Shown: positions 37,387 to 46,341 of the stretch, piece after piece
Numbering within the stretch: position 1 is the stretch's first letter
Layout: each line of letters opens with the position of its first letter
IMG/VR virus record: IMGVR_UViG_3300042253_000131
Span: 1 to 52,982 of that record
Origin: a virus
Taxonomy: Duplodnaviria; Caudoviricetes
Reading direction: 5' to 3' (one strand)
Length of the DNA: 52,982 nt
Made by a program: the position numbers and the translations under genes
The notes under the pieces: generated by a model
Told to the model about the DNA's origin: nothing
The model's input: the letters and a program-made list of their open reading frames with translations, nothing else
The model's database searches: none

Positions 37387-37806
37387 ATGCCCACCCCTCG
37401 CGAAACCATCCTCGCCGCGCTGCATGCGCGGCTTTCGGCGCTGCCCGCCACCGCCCTGCGCGGCGACGTGCTGCCCGAGCGTGTCCCGACCGATGGCCTG
37501 CTGATCCTGCGCGACGGCGAGCCGGGGGAGCCAGAGGTCACGCTGTCGCCGCTCGCCTACCACTACCAGCACCGTGCCGAGATCGAGGCGGTCGTGCAGG
37601 GCGCCGACCGTGACGCTGCCTTCGACACGCTGACCGCCAGCATCGGCTCGGCGCTCGCTGCCGACCGCACGCTGGGCGGGCTCTGCGACTGGGTCGAGGC
37701 GGAAGCGCCACGGCCCGTCGATCTGCCGGTCGAGGGCGCTGCCAGCCTGAAGGCCGCCGTGATCCCGGTGGTGCTGCACTATTCCACGGCCGACCCGCTG
37801 GCCTGA
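37387..37806 (+). CDS. Tail terminator-like protein
   Basis: MPTPRETILAAL..DRTLGGLCD; precedes the tail tube gene. Confidence 0.7.
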   Translation: MPTPRETILAALHARLSALPATALRGDVLPERVPTDGLLILRDGEPGEPEVTLSPLAYHYQHRAEIEAVVQGADRDAAFDTLTASIGSALAADRTLGGLCDWVEAEAPRPVDLPVEGAASLKAAVIPVVLHYSTADPLA

Positions 37807-37830
37807 CCCAACCGACCACAGGAGACAACG

Positions 37831-38775
37831 ATGGCACGAGCCCAGGGGGCGCGGGCGCTGATGGCGCTTGCGTTCGAGACGACCTATGGAACGCCGCCCG
37901 CCAGCGGCTTCACCCGCATGCCCTTCGCCAGCACCTCGCTCGGCGCGGAGCAGCCGCTGCTGAACTCGGAGCTTCTCGGCTACGGCCGTGACCCGCTTGC
38001 GCCGATCAAGGACGCGGTGACGGCCGACGGCGACGTCGTGGTGCCGCTCGACGCCGAGGCCTTCGGCTTCTGGCTGAAGGCGGCCTTCGGCTCACCCGCG
38101 ACGACGGGCACTGCGCCGGGGCCGTTCACCCACGAGTTCCAGTCGGGCGCCTGGACCCTGCCCAGCCTCTCCATCGAGACCGGCATGCCCGAGGTGCCGC
38201 GCTATGCCATGTATTCCGGCTGCGTGCTCGACCAGATCAGCTGGCAGGTGCAGCGTTCCGGCCTGCTGACCGCGACGGCCCGGCTGGTGGCGCAGGGCGA
38301 GACGGTCGGGACCACGACGAGCGCGGGGACACCCGCCGCGCTGGAGCTCAAGCGCTTCGGCCATTTCAACGGGGCGATCAAGCGCAATGGCGCCTCGCTC
38401 GGAAATGTTGTCTCGGCTGAGATCACCTATGCCAACAACCTCGACCGGATCGAGACCATCCGCTCGGATGGCCGCATCGACGGCGCGGACCCCTCCATCG
38501 CAGCGCTGACCGGCCGGATCGAGATACGCTTCGCCGACCAGACGCTGGTGACGCAGGCGATCAACGGCGACCCAAGCGAGATCGAATTCGCCTATACTCT
38601 GCCCACGGGCGAGAGTTTCACCTTCATCGTGCACGCCGTCTACCTGCCGCGCCCGCGCATCGAGATATCCGGACCGCAGGGCGTGCAGGCGACCTTCGAC
38701 TGGCAGGCCGCACGCGACAGCGTCGTCGGCCGGATGTGCACCGCCACCCTCGTTAATGATGTGGAGACGTACTGA
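37831..38775 (+). CDS. Major tail tube protein
   Basis: AFETTYGT, LPSLSIE; position before chaperone and tape measure. Confidence 0.85.
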   Translation: MARAQGARALMALAFETTYGTPPASGFTRMPFASTSLGAEQPLLNSELLGYGRDPLAPIKDAVTADGDVVVPLDAEAFGFWLKAAFGSPATTGTAPGPFTHEFQSGAWTLPSLSIETGMPEVPRYAMYSGCVLDQISWQVQRSGLLTATARLVAQGETVGTTTSAGTPAALELKRFGHFNGAIKRNGASLGNVVSAEITYANNLDRIETIRSDGRIDGADPSIAALTGRIEIRFADQTLVTQAINGDPSEIEFAYTLPTGESFTFIVHAVYLPRPRIEISGPQGVQATFDWQAARDSVVGRMCTATLVNDVETY

Positions 38776-39230
38776 TGCTGACGCTCGATCTGACCAACGC
38801 GCCGCGCTGGCATGATCTCGCACCCGGTGTCCGGGTGCAGCTGCGCCCGCTGACCACGGCGCTGATGGTGGCGACACGGACCGATCCCGCTGTCGAGGCG
38901 GTGCCGGAGGCGGCCTCCGACGAGGAGCGCGCGGTCGCCTTCGCCAAGGCACTGGCGCGACGGGCGGTGCTGGCCTGGGACGGCATCGGCGACGCCGACG
39001 GAAATCCCATCGACCCGAGCCCGGAGGCCATCGACGCGTTGCTCGACATCTGGCCGATCTTCGAGGCCTTCCAGCTGACCTATGTCTCGAAGGGCCTGCT
39101 GCTGGAACAGGAAAAAAACGCCTCCGCGCTCTCGCCGAATGGTCCTTCGGCGGGGGCGAGCGCTACTGCGAGGGTTGCGAACCCTGCGGAGCCAGCGCGC
39201 AAGCCTGCCCGGACTGCCCGGCGCGGCTGA
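38775..39230 (+). CDS. Tail assembly chaperone (gpG-like)
   Basis: Between tube and tape measure; slippery heptamer A AAA AAC at 39113-39119. Confidence 0.8.
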   Translation: MLTLDLTNAPRWHDLAPGVRVQLRPLTTALMVATRTDPAVEAVPEAASDEERAVAFAKALARRAVLAWDGIGDADGNPIDPSPEAIDALLDIWPIFEAFQLTYVSKGLLLEQEKNASALSPNGPSAGASATARVANPAEPARKPARTARRG

Positions 39231-39475
39231 ACCGGCCGGAAACGCCGGAGGGTTGGCAGGTCTGGGACCTGGTCGGTCGTCTCGGCGGCCAGCTGCGCGT
39301 GCTGCCCGGCGCGGTGATCGGTTGGGACATGTCGGCGGCGCTCGCACTTGGTGACGCCCTCGGCGTGCCCCCGCTCGCCATGGCCGAACTGCTGCCCGTC
39401 ATCGAGGCGGTGATGGTTTTGAGGCTCAACGAACAGATGGAACGACCGGAGGGCCGACCCGGGATCAGCTTTTGA
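39113..39475 (+). CDS. -1 frameshift extension of the tail chaperone (gpGT-like)
   Basis: -1 frame open from the slippery site: KRLRALAEWSFGGGERYCEGC..CPDCP..WQVWDLV..ISF*. Confidence 0.75.
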   Translation, partial: KKRLRALAEWSFGGGERYCEGCEPCGASAQACPDCPARLNRPETPEGWQVWDLVGRLGGQLRVLPGAVIGWDMSAALALGDALGVPPLAMAELLPVIEAVMVLRLNEQMERPEGRPGISF

Positions 39476-39845
39476 TCTTCTCGATCAGGGTGACGCCGGG
39501 CAGCCCCTCGAAATGCCTGTCGCAGGTCAGGAGCGCCGCGTCATGGGCCCGGGCGGTCGCGAAGATGATCGCGTCCGCCGTCGCCAGCTTGTGCTCACCG
39601 CAGGCCTCGGCGGCCACGAGGGCGATCTCGGTGTCGAGCGGCACGACCGCGCAGACCTGCGTGAAGGCGATCACCTGATCGGCCTTGTCCTCGCCTGCCT
39701 CGCGGGTGAGCCATTTCGTCAGTTCCAGCTGGACCATGGTCGGCACCAGCCATTCGGCCTGATCGGGCAGATGCCCAGCCAGCGTGTCGCCGGTCGGCGA
39801 GCCGATCAGCCATTCGATCCAGGCCGAGGTGTCGACCAGCACCAT
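39465..39845 (-). CDS. vapC: VapC/PIN-domain toxin
   Basis: MVLVDTSAWIE, LEL, ADAII, LLTCDRHF. Confidence 0.9.
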   Translation of the reverse strand: MVLVDTSAWIEWLIGSPTGDTLAGHLPDQAEWLVPTMVQLELTKWLTREAGEDKADQVIAFTQVCAVVPLDTEIALVAAEACGEHKLATADAIIFATARAHDAALLTCDRHFEGLPGVTLIEKIKS

Positions 39846-40063
39846 CAGAAGCGGTCCGAGCGGTCGCGATAATCGGTAACCGAGGCGCCTTTCGCCAGTC
39901 CCTTCAGGCTCTCCCGCTTCGGGACCGGCACCAGAAGCACGCCGGTGCCCTTGGGGATGAAGGCGAAGGTCAGCCCCGCCTCCCAATGCTGCGCGGCGCG
40001 GATCGCCTTCGGGATCGAGATCTGGAACTTCGAGGAGAGGGTCGCCGTCGCCTGCATGGTCAT
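39845..40063 (-). CDS. vapB: AbrB/MazE-type antitoxin
   Basis: LSSKFQISIPKAIR; TGATG coupling with vapC. Confidence 0.88.
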   Translation of the reverse strand: MTMQATATLSSKFQISIPKAIRAAQHWEAGLTFAFIPKGTGVLLVPVPKRESLKGLAKGASVTDYRDRSDRF

Positions 40064-40127
40064 ACCTACTGTTGATCGATGCCACAAAGGTAAGACGCCC
40101 GCGCGGCGAAAGCAAGGATCCTGAGCG

Positions 40128-42551
40128 ATGGCAGAAAAACGTGTCTCCGTCCGCCTCGCTGCGGTCGGCGGACGGCAGGTGCGCGCCGAACTGGAAGGCG
40201 TGGGCGAAGCCGGGTCGCGCGGCTTCGGACGGCTGAGCCGGGAGATGGAGGCGGCGAACGCCCGGTTGGCCGCCTTCTCGCGCCGGGTGAAGATCGCGGC
40301 GGCGGCAGCCGTGGCAGCCGCTGCCGCCGCTGGCGTGGCGATGATCCGCTCCGGCCTCCAGACGGTGGATGCGCAGGCCAAGCTGGCGACCTCCCTCGAC
40401 ACCACCGTCGCCAGCATCCAGGTGCTCGAACGCGCGGGCGATCTGGCGGGCGTGTCGATGGGTCAGGTCGAGCAGGCCACGGTCCAGCTGACCCGACGGC
40501 TCAGCCAGGCCGCCTCCGGCACGGGTCCTGCGGTGGAGGCGCTGCGCCGCCTGCGGCTCACGGCCGAGGATCTGCAGCGCCTGCCGCTCGATGCGCGCAT
40601 CGCCGCGATCCAGCAGGCGCTGGGGCAATATGTGCCGGAGGCCGAGCGCGCGGCCGTGGCCTCCCAGCTCTTCGGCGACCGCGCGGCCTTGGTGTTCACC
40701 CGGATCGACACCGCGACACTGCGCCAGGCGACGGAGGACGTGCTTGCCTTCGGGGTGGTGGTCTCGGACCAGGACGCGGCCCAGATCGAACGCACGAACG
40801 ACGCCATCTCCCGGCTCGGGCTGATCTGGCGCGGGCTGTCGAACCAGCTGGCCGTCGCAGCGGCCCCCGCGCTGGAAGCCGTCGCGAATGCCATCGCCGC
40901 CGTGGCCAGCCGCACCGGGCCGCTCGGCATCGCCATTCGCGGCCTCTTCGACAACATCGGCCGCCTGACCGCCATCGCCACCACCTTCGCCGCTTTCCTC
41001 GCGGGCCGCTGGGTGGCGGGCATGGCCGCTGCTGCCCTCTCGGTCCGTGGCCTCGCCACGGCGCTGGTCGTCCTGCGCGGGGCGCTGATCCGCACAGGGA
41101 TCGGCGCGCTGATCGTCGGCGCGGGCGAGCTTGTGTTTCAGTTCACCCGCCTTGTCTCCGGCGCGGGCGGGTTTGGCGAAGCGATGTCGCTCCTGAAGGA
41201 CGTCGCCGTCGAGGTCTGGCAGCGGATCAAGCTGGGGGCTGCAGCGGCGGGGGCCGCAGCCACGGCGATGTTCTTCGACCTGAAAGCCGATGCGGCGTCG
41301 GCCATGCAGAGCGCCATCGAGAGCGTCGTTGCCTTCGGCAACACGGCCGCGAACACGTTCGAGGGCGCTTTTGAGGCGGTCAAGGCGATCTGGGGCCTGC
41401 TGCCCGCCGCGATCGGTGATCTGGCGTTCCAGGCGGCGAACAGCCTGGTCGACGGTGTCGAGGCGATGCTGAACGGCGTGGTCTCGCGCATCAACGGCTT
41501 CATCGGCGGGATCAACCAGGGGCTGGAAGCGCTCGGGTCGGAGCGGCGCATCTCGCTGGTGCCGGATCTCGACCTCGGCGAGATCGAGAATCGCTTCGAG
41601 GGTGCTGCGACCGCCGCGACCACCGCGGCGCAGGCGGCCTTCAACCGGGCCTTCGAGGACAACCCGCTGACCGCGCCGGATCTCGGTCTCACCAAGGCGG
41701 CGAACCGGGCGCTCGAGTCCGCCAACCTCTCTCGCGGGGCGGCGCGCGATCTGGCCGAGAGTGCGCGCGCGCCGCTGGAAAGCTGGCAGGCGCTGCGCGA
41801 TGCGGTGCGCGGGAGCGATCAGGATGGCGCGGACGCGCTGGCCGAGGCCACCGGCGCGGCCGAGCGGCTCGAGACCGCCCTTGACGATGCCGGGCGCGCC
41901 GCCACGGGTGCCGGTGCGGCCGCCAAGCCTGCGACGGAGGCCGCCGTCACCGGATGGCAGGTGGTCACGGCGGCGCTCAGCGATTACGCGAGCAAGGCGC
42001 GCGATATCGGCGGCGATATCGGCCAGAGCCTCGTCGGCGCCTTCCAGAGCGCCGAGAGCGCGGTCGGTGAGTTCGTGAAGACCGGCAAGCTCAACTTCCG
42101 CGACCTCGTCACCTCGCTGCTGGCCGATCTCGCCAAGCTCGCGGCGCGCCGCTTCATCCTCGGGCCGATCGCCAACGCGCTCTCCGGCGCGCTTGGTGGC
42201 GCGGGCGGCATTTTCGCCAACATCCTGCATGCGGGCGGCATGGTTGGCTCCGCTGGCCCCTCGCGGATGGTTCCGGCCATGGCGTTTGCCGCTGCGTCCC
42301 GGATGCATTCCGGCGGGGTCGCCGGGCTTCGACCCACTTCTGGCTTTGCGGGCCTCCGGCCCGACGAAGTCCCGGCGATCCTGCAGCGCGGCGAGCGGGT
42401 GCTGTCGCGCCGCGAGGCGCAGCGCTTTGGCGCAGGCACTGGCGTCAACGTCACCATCATGGCCCGCGACGCAGAGAGCTTCCGGCAATCGCGCACGCAA
42501 GTTGCGGCGGACATTGCCCGCGCCGTGTCGCTCGGGCGGAGGGGCATGTGA
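40128..42551 (+). CDS. Tail tape measure protein
   Basis: 807 aa, Ala-rich helical; C-terminal HAGG..DEVPAILQRGERVL..SRTQVA. Confidence 0.9.
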   Translation: MAEKRVSVRLAAVGGRQVRAELEGVGEAGSRGFGRLSREMEAANARLAAFSRRVKIAAAAAVAAAAAAGVAMIRSGLQTVDAQAKLATSLDTTVASIQVLERAGDLAGVSMGQVEQATVQLTRRLSQAASGTGPAVEALRRLRLTAEDLQRLPLDARIAAIQQALGQYVPEAERAAVASQLFGDRAALVFTRIDTATLRQATEDVLAFGVVVSDQDAAQIERTNDAISRLGLIWRGLSNQLAVAAAPALEAVANAIAAVASRTGPLGIAIRGLFDNIGRLTAIATTFAAFLAGRWVAGMAAAALSVRGLATALVVLRGALIRTGIGALIVGAGELVFQFTRLVSGAGGFGEAMSLLKDVAVEVWQRIKLGAAAAGAAATAMFFDLKADAASAMQSAIESVVAFGNTAANTFEGAFEAVKAIWGLLPAAIGDLAFQAANSLVDGVEAMLNGVVSRINGFIGGINQGLEALGSERRISLVPDLDLGEIENRFEGAATAATTAAQAAFNRAFEDNPLTAPDLGLTKAANRALESANLSRGAARDLAESARAPLESWQALRDAVRGSDQDGADALAEATGAAERLETALDDAGRAATGAGAAAKPATEAAVTGWQVVTAALSDYASKARDIGGDIGQSLVGAFQSAESAVGEFVKTGKLNFRDLVTSLLADLAKLAARRFILGPIANALSGALGGAGGIFANILHAGGMVGSAGPSRMVPAMAFAAASRMHSGGVAGLRPTSGFAGLRPDEVPAILQRGERVLSRREAQRFGAGTGVNVTIMARDAESFRQSRTQVAADIARAVSLGRRGM

Positions 42552-43177
42552 TGGCGTTTCAAGAGGTCCGGTTTCCCGACAACATCAGCCGGGGTGCACG
42601 GGGCGGACCGGAGCGGCGCACGCAGATCGTCGAACTGGCCTCGGGCGACGAGGAACGCAACGCCAACTGGGCCAACTCGCGCCGCCGCTACGACGTGGCC
42701 TACGGCATCCGCCGCGCCGACGACCTGGCAGAGGTGGTCGCCTTCTTCGAGGCGAGGAACGGTCGCCTCCATGGCTTTCGCTTCAAGGATTGGGGCGACC
42801 ACAAGTCCAGCCCGCCCTCGGGTACGCCATTGCCAACCGACCAGGTGATCGGCGCGGGCGACGGTGCGGCGACGGCGTTCCAGCTGGCGAAGCGCTACGC
42901 CTCGGGTGGGCAATCCTGGACGCGCAGCATCACGAAGCCCGTCGCGGGCACGGTGCGTATCGCAGTCGATGGCTTGGAACAACCCACCGGCTGGTCGGTC
43001 GACACGACCACCGGACTGGTCACCTTCAACGCCGCACCGGGCGCTGGCGTCGCCATCACCGCAGGCTTCGAGTTCGACGTGCCGGTCCGTTTTGACACCG
43101 ACGCGCTCGACGTGACGCTCGACCTCGAGCGGCTCGGCTCGATCACCTCCATCCCGCTTCTGGAGATCCGGCGATGA
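42551..43177 (+). CDS. Distal tail protein (DUF2460, RcGTA g12-like)
   Basis: FQEVRFP, GGPERRT, FFEARNGRLHGFRFKDW, FDVPVRFD. Confidence 0.88.
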   Translation: MAFQEVRFPDNISRGARGGPERRTQIVELASGDEERNANWANSRRRYDVAYGIRRADDLAEVVAFFEARNGRLHGFRFKDWGDHKSSPPSGTPLPTDQVIGAGDGAATAFQLAKRYASGGQSWTRSITKPVAGTVRIAVDGLEQPTGWSVDTTTGLVTFNAAPGAGVAITAGFEFDVPVRFDTDALDVTLDLERLGSITSIPLLEIRR

Positions 43178-43524
43178 ACAATGAGCCCGGCTTTGTCGCG
43201 GCTGTCCTGCGCGACCTCGCGGCCTCGACGGCGGTGATCCTCGCCGCCTGGGGCGCACTCGGCGGCGCCACCAATGCGCTGACCACGAAGATGCGGTTGC
43301 GCGACGCGCTCCGGCACATCCTGCTCGGTGGGCTGATCGCGGCCGGGATGGGCAGCCTGTCGATGGCCGTGATCACCGCCTGGCTCAGCCTTCCGCCCGA
43401 GGCGATCCCTGCGGGCGGGGCCGCGGGCTCGGCGGCCTATCTCGTCGGCGTCTTCGGCCCGGCCTTCATCGAGGTCGCGCTCGCCCGCCTGCGCCGCGCG
43501 AAGGACGGCGGCGGCGATGAATGA
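43174..43524 (+). CDS. Putative holin (lysis cassette 1)
   Basis: Three hydrophobic helices, charged C-terminus, upstream of the lysozyme. Confidence 0.6.
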   Translation: MNNEPGFVAAVLRDLAASTAVILAAWGALGGATNALTTKMRLRDALRHILLGGLIAAGMGSLSMAVITAWLSLPPEAIPAGGAAGSAAYLVGVFGPAFIEVALARLRRAKDGGGDE

Positions 43525-43648
43525 GCTTCTCCGCCTCGCACGCGCCCTCCGCTGCGAACCCGCCGATCCCCGGCAGGCCTTCGCCCACCGTCTGCGCATC
43601 GGCCTCGCCGTCGCGGCGCTGATCCTGATCCTCTCGTTCATCGGATAA
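43517..43648 (+). CDS. Small membrane protein (43 aa)
   Basis: MNELLRLARAL..IGLAVAALILILSFIG*; too short for the ORF track. Confidence 0.55.
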   Translation: MNELLRLARALRCEPADPRQAFAHRLRIGLAVAALILILSFIG

Positions 43649-43652
43649 TCCC

Positions 43653-44339
43653 ATGCAGATGACTGACCGGGGCTTGCTGGCCCTCGTCCGGTTTGAGGGT
43701 CTCGTGCCCGGACCCTATCTCGATGCGAAGGCCGTCTGGACCTTCGGCATCGGCCACACCGCTGCCGCCGGTTCGCCCGATCCGGGCTCCATGCCGCGCG
43801 GCATGCCCGCCGATCTCGAGGCGCGCGTCCGCGAGGCGTTCCGGCTCTTCCGCGCGGACATCGCGCGCTATGAGACGGAGGTGCTGCGCGCGGTGAAGGC
43901 GCCGCTCGAGCCGCACGAGTTCGATGCGCTGGTGTCATTCCATTACAACACCGGCGGCATCGCGCGGGCGGCGCTCACCCGGCACATGAACGCGGGCGAC
44001 CGCGAGGCCGCTGCGGCGGCCTTCATGGGCTGGCGGCGACCGGCCGCGATCATCCCGCGCCGCGAGGCCGAGCGCGACCTGTTCCGGCATGGCCGCTATC
44101 CGGGCGGGACCATCCCGGTCTGGGCCGTCGCCAGCGACGGCCGGGTCGATTTCTCGCGGGCGATCCGACGGCTGACCGAGACGCAAGCGCTGGCGCTGCT
44201 GCGCCCGCAGCCCGTGCCAACGGAACTCTCCGGCCAGGCCGCACCAGCCAAACCGACCGTCCCGCCTGAACCAATCCCGCCGGTCGGCTGGCTCGCCCGG
44301 CTGGCGGCATTCTTTTCCACCCTGATCCGGAGGGCCTGA
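43653..44339 (+). CDS. Endolysin, GH24 lysozyme
   Basis: FEG..PYLD..WTFGIGHT, FDALVSFHYNTG, RREAE. Confidence 0.9.
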   Translation: MQMTDRGLLALVRFEGLVPGPYLDAKAVWTFGIGHTAAAGSPDPGSMPRGMPADLEARVREAFRLFRADIARYETEVLRAVKAPLEPHEFDALVSFHYNTGGIARAALTRHMNAGDREAAAAAFMGWRRPAAIIPRREAERDLFRHGRYPGGTIPVWAVASDGRVDFSRAIRRLTETQALALLRPQPVPTELSGQAAPAKPTVPPEPIPPVGWLARLAAFFSTLIRRA

Positions 44340-44342
44340 CCC

Positions 44343-44573
44343 ATGCGCTACATCCGACCGACCTCGCTCACCTGGTGGGCCGGGCTCATCGCCATGCTCA
44401 CCGGCATCGCGTCTCTCGCGCTGCCGGCCACCGGCCCGCTCGGCGAACTCGCCCGCCTTGTCGCGCTGCTGGCCGGCAGCGGTGACGCCTCGCCCGCGGG
44501 GCTGATGTTTCTCGGGCTCGGGCTGATCGGCCTGCGGGACCGGATCGAGCGCGGGTTCCGCGGCGATGCTTGA
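44343..44573 (+). CDS. Small membrane protein (holin/antiholin candidate)
   Basis: Two hydrophobic helices; follows the lysozyme. Confidence 0.6.
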   Translation: MRYIRPTSLTWWAGLIAMLTGIASLALPATGPLGELARLVALLAGSGDASPAGLMFLGLGLIGLRDRIERGFRGDA

Positions 44574-44667
44574 GTTCCTCGCAGGTCTGTTCGTGGGCGG
44601 TGGCCTTGGCGTGCTGATCGTCGCCCTCTGTGTGGCCGCCGCGCACGGGGAGCGGGACGATGGCTGA
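44566..44667 (+). CDS. Single-TM micro-protein (33 aa)
   Basis: MLEFLAGLFVGGGLGVLIVALCVAAAHGERDDG*; overlaps both neighbours by 8 bp. Confidence 0.5.
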   Translation: MLEFLAGLFVGGGLGVLIVALCVAAAHGERDDG

Positions 44668-44890
44668 CATTCTGATCTGGCTGGCCGCGGCACTGGGCGC
44701 TGTCGGGGGCGTCGTCCTCGGGCGGCTCTGGGGCCGGATGACAGGAAAGCGCGATGGCAAACGGGAGGCGGAACGCGATGCAATGGAAGACAAGAGCCAG
44801 CGCGTGGGGCGCGGGCGCGCGGCGGTTCGCGATGGTCGCGGCGCTGGCGACCCTGCTGAGCGGCTGCGCCGCAACGATGGGCGCTGGTGA
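44660..44890 (+). CDS. i-spanin-like protein
   Basis: N-terminal TM helix plus charged helical tail; overlapped by a lipoprotein gene. Confidence 0.65.
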   Translation: MADILIWLAAALGAVGGVVLGRLWGRMTGKRDGKREAERDAMEDKSQRVGRGRAAVRDGRGAGDPAERLRRNDGRW

Positions 44891-45020
44891 CGCGGGCTGT
44901 GCTTCCTACGCCGAGGCGCGGCTCGCCCGACCGCCCGCCAAGACCGTCGCGGAGGTGCCGCCGGACTGGGCGAATTGGATCGCCGATCTCGATGACCGCA
45001 TGACGGGAACCTGCCGATGA
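44778..45020 (+). CDS. o-spanin-like lipoprotein
   Basis: GGGAGG RBS, basic N-region, lipobox LSGC, further Cys; overlaps the i-spanin gene in another frame. Confidence 0.65.
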   Translation: MQWKTRASAWGAGARRFAMVAALATLLSGCAATMGAGDAGCASYAEARLARPPAKTVAEVPPDWANWIADLDDRMTGTCR

Positions 45021-45901
45021 AATCCCTCTCGCCAGAGCTGCAATCCCATCTCGACGAGGGCACGACAACGCTCGCCTGGTGCTGGCGGATCACGCGGGCC
45101 GATGGCGTCACCTTCGGTTTCACCGATCACGACCGGACGCTCAGCTTCGACGGCACGGACTTCGAGCCGGAAAGCGGGCTGACGGCCTCCGAGGTGCGCT
45201 CGGGCTCGGACCTGTCCGTCGATGCGCAGGACGCCGAGGGTGTGCTGACCTCTGACCGGATCACCGAGACCGACATCCTCGACGGCCGCTGGGACGCGGC
45301 GCAAGTTGAGGTCTGGCGGGTGAACTGGGCCGACACCGGCCAGCGCGTGCTGATGCGCCGCGGCGCCATCGGCCAGATCCGGCGCGGGCGGCTCGCTTTC
45401 GTGGCCGAGGTGCGCTCGCTCGCCCATGTCCTCGGCCAGACGGTCGGGCGGACCTTCCAGGCGAGTTGCGACGCCGAGCTCGGCGATGCCCGCTGCGGCG
45501 TCGATCTGGAGGATCCCGCCTTCAAGGGCGCGGGCGCGGTGATCGATCTGCTGCGCGACCGGGCGTTCACCGCCGCCGGGCTCAACGGCTTCGCATCAGG
45601 CTGGTTCGCCTTCGGCACCATCGAGTGGACCAGTGGCGCGAATGCCGGGCGCAAGACGGAGGTGCTGGGTCACGATGTGACCTCCGGCGTCGCGATCCTG
45701 ACCCTGCTCGAAGCGCCCGTGCGCGCCATCGTCGCTGGCGACGCCTTCACCGCCCGTGCGGGCTGCGACAAGCGGATCGAGACCTGTGCGGAGAAGTTCG
45801 CCAATGTCGTGAACTTTCGCGGCTTCCCGCACATTCCGGGGCAGGACACCATCCTGCGTTACGCCTCCAAGGAAGGCGGGCACGAGGGGTCGGTGCTGTG
45901 A
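45017..45901 (+). CDS. Baseplate hub protein (DUF2163, RcGTA g13-like)
   Basis: GFTDHDRTL, CDAELGDARC, GCDKR..C..KF.NVVNFRGFPHIPG. Confidence 0.9.
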   Translation: MKSLSPELQSHLDEGTTTLAWCWRITRADGVTFGFTDHDRTLSFDGTDFEPESGLTASEVRSGSDLSVDAQDAEGVLTSDRITETDILDGRWDAAQVEVWRVNWADTGQRVLMRRGAIGQIRRGRLAFVAEVRSLAHVLGQTVGRTFQASCDAELGDARCGVDLEDPAFKGAGAVIDLLRDRAFTAAGLNGFASGWFAFGTIEWTSGANAGRKTEVLGHDVTSGVAILTLLEAPVRAIVAGDAFTARAGCDKRIETCAEKFANVVNFRGFPHIPGQDTILRYASKEGGHEGSVL

Positions 45902-46332
45902 CGCCCGCCGATCCCGAGCGTGTCATCGCCGCGGCACGCGACTGGCTCGGCACGCCCTATCACGACCAGGCCAGTTTGCGCGGCGTTGGCTGCGACTGCC
46001 TCGGGCTGGCCCGTGGCGTCTGGCGCGAGGTGGTGGGGCCCGAGCCGTTCCCGATTCCGCCCTACAGCCGGGATTGGGGCGAGACCGGGCCTCGCGAAGT
46101 CTTGGCCGAGGGTGCGCGCCGGATGATGGTGGAGGTGGACCCCGCCGACGCCCCACCCGGCGCGCTGGCGCTGTTCCGGATGATGCCGCGCGCCATCGCC
46201 AAGCATGTCGGGATCCTGACCGGATCCGGCACCTTTCTGCATGCGTACGAGCGGCTCGGCGTGATCGAGGAACCGCTCACGCGCGCCTGGCGGCGGCGCA
46301 TCGCCTTCGCCTTTCTCTTCCCGCAACGCTGA
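45898..46332 (+). CDS. NlpC/P60 peptidase (RcGTA g14-like)
   Basis: WLGTPYHDQ, GCDCLGL, KHVGI, FLHAY. Confidence 0.9.
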   Translation: MTPADPERVIAAARDWLGTPYHDQASLRGVGCDCLGLARGVWREVVGPEPFPIPPYSRDWGETGPREVLAEGARRMMVEVDPADAPPGALALFRMMPRAIAKHVGILTGSGTFLHAYERLGVIEEPLTRAWRRRIAFAFLFPQR

Positions 46333-46341
46333 GTATCTGTC

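Noticed and set aside
42320-42365. AGLRP duplication in the tape measure C-terminus
   Set aside because: Short degenerate local duplication lacking the GGACC-hairpin signature of the palindromic elements.
39465-42500. 1011-aa minus-strand ORF as a giant PIN fusion
   Set aside because: Only the last 126 aa are VapC, which has its own ATG coupled to the antitoxin; the rest shadows the tape measure gene.
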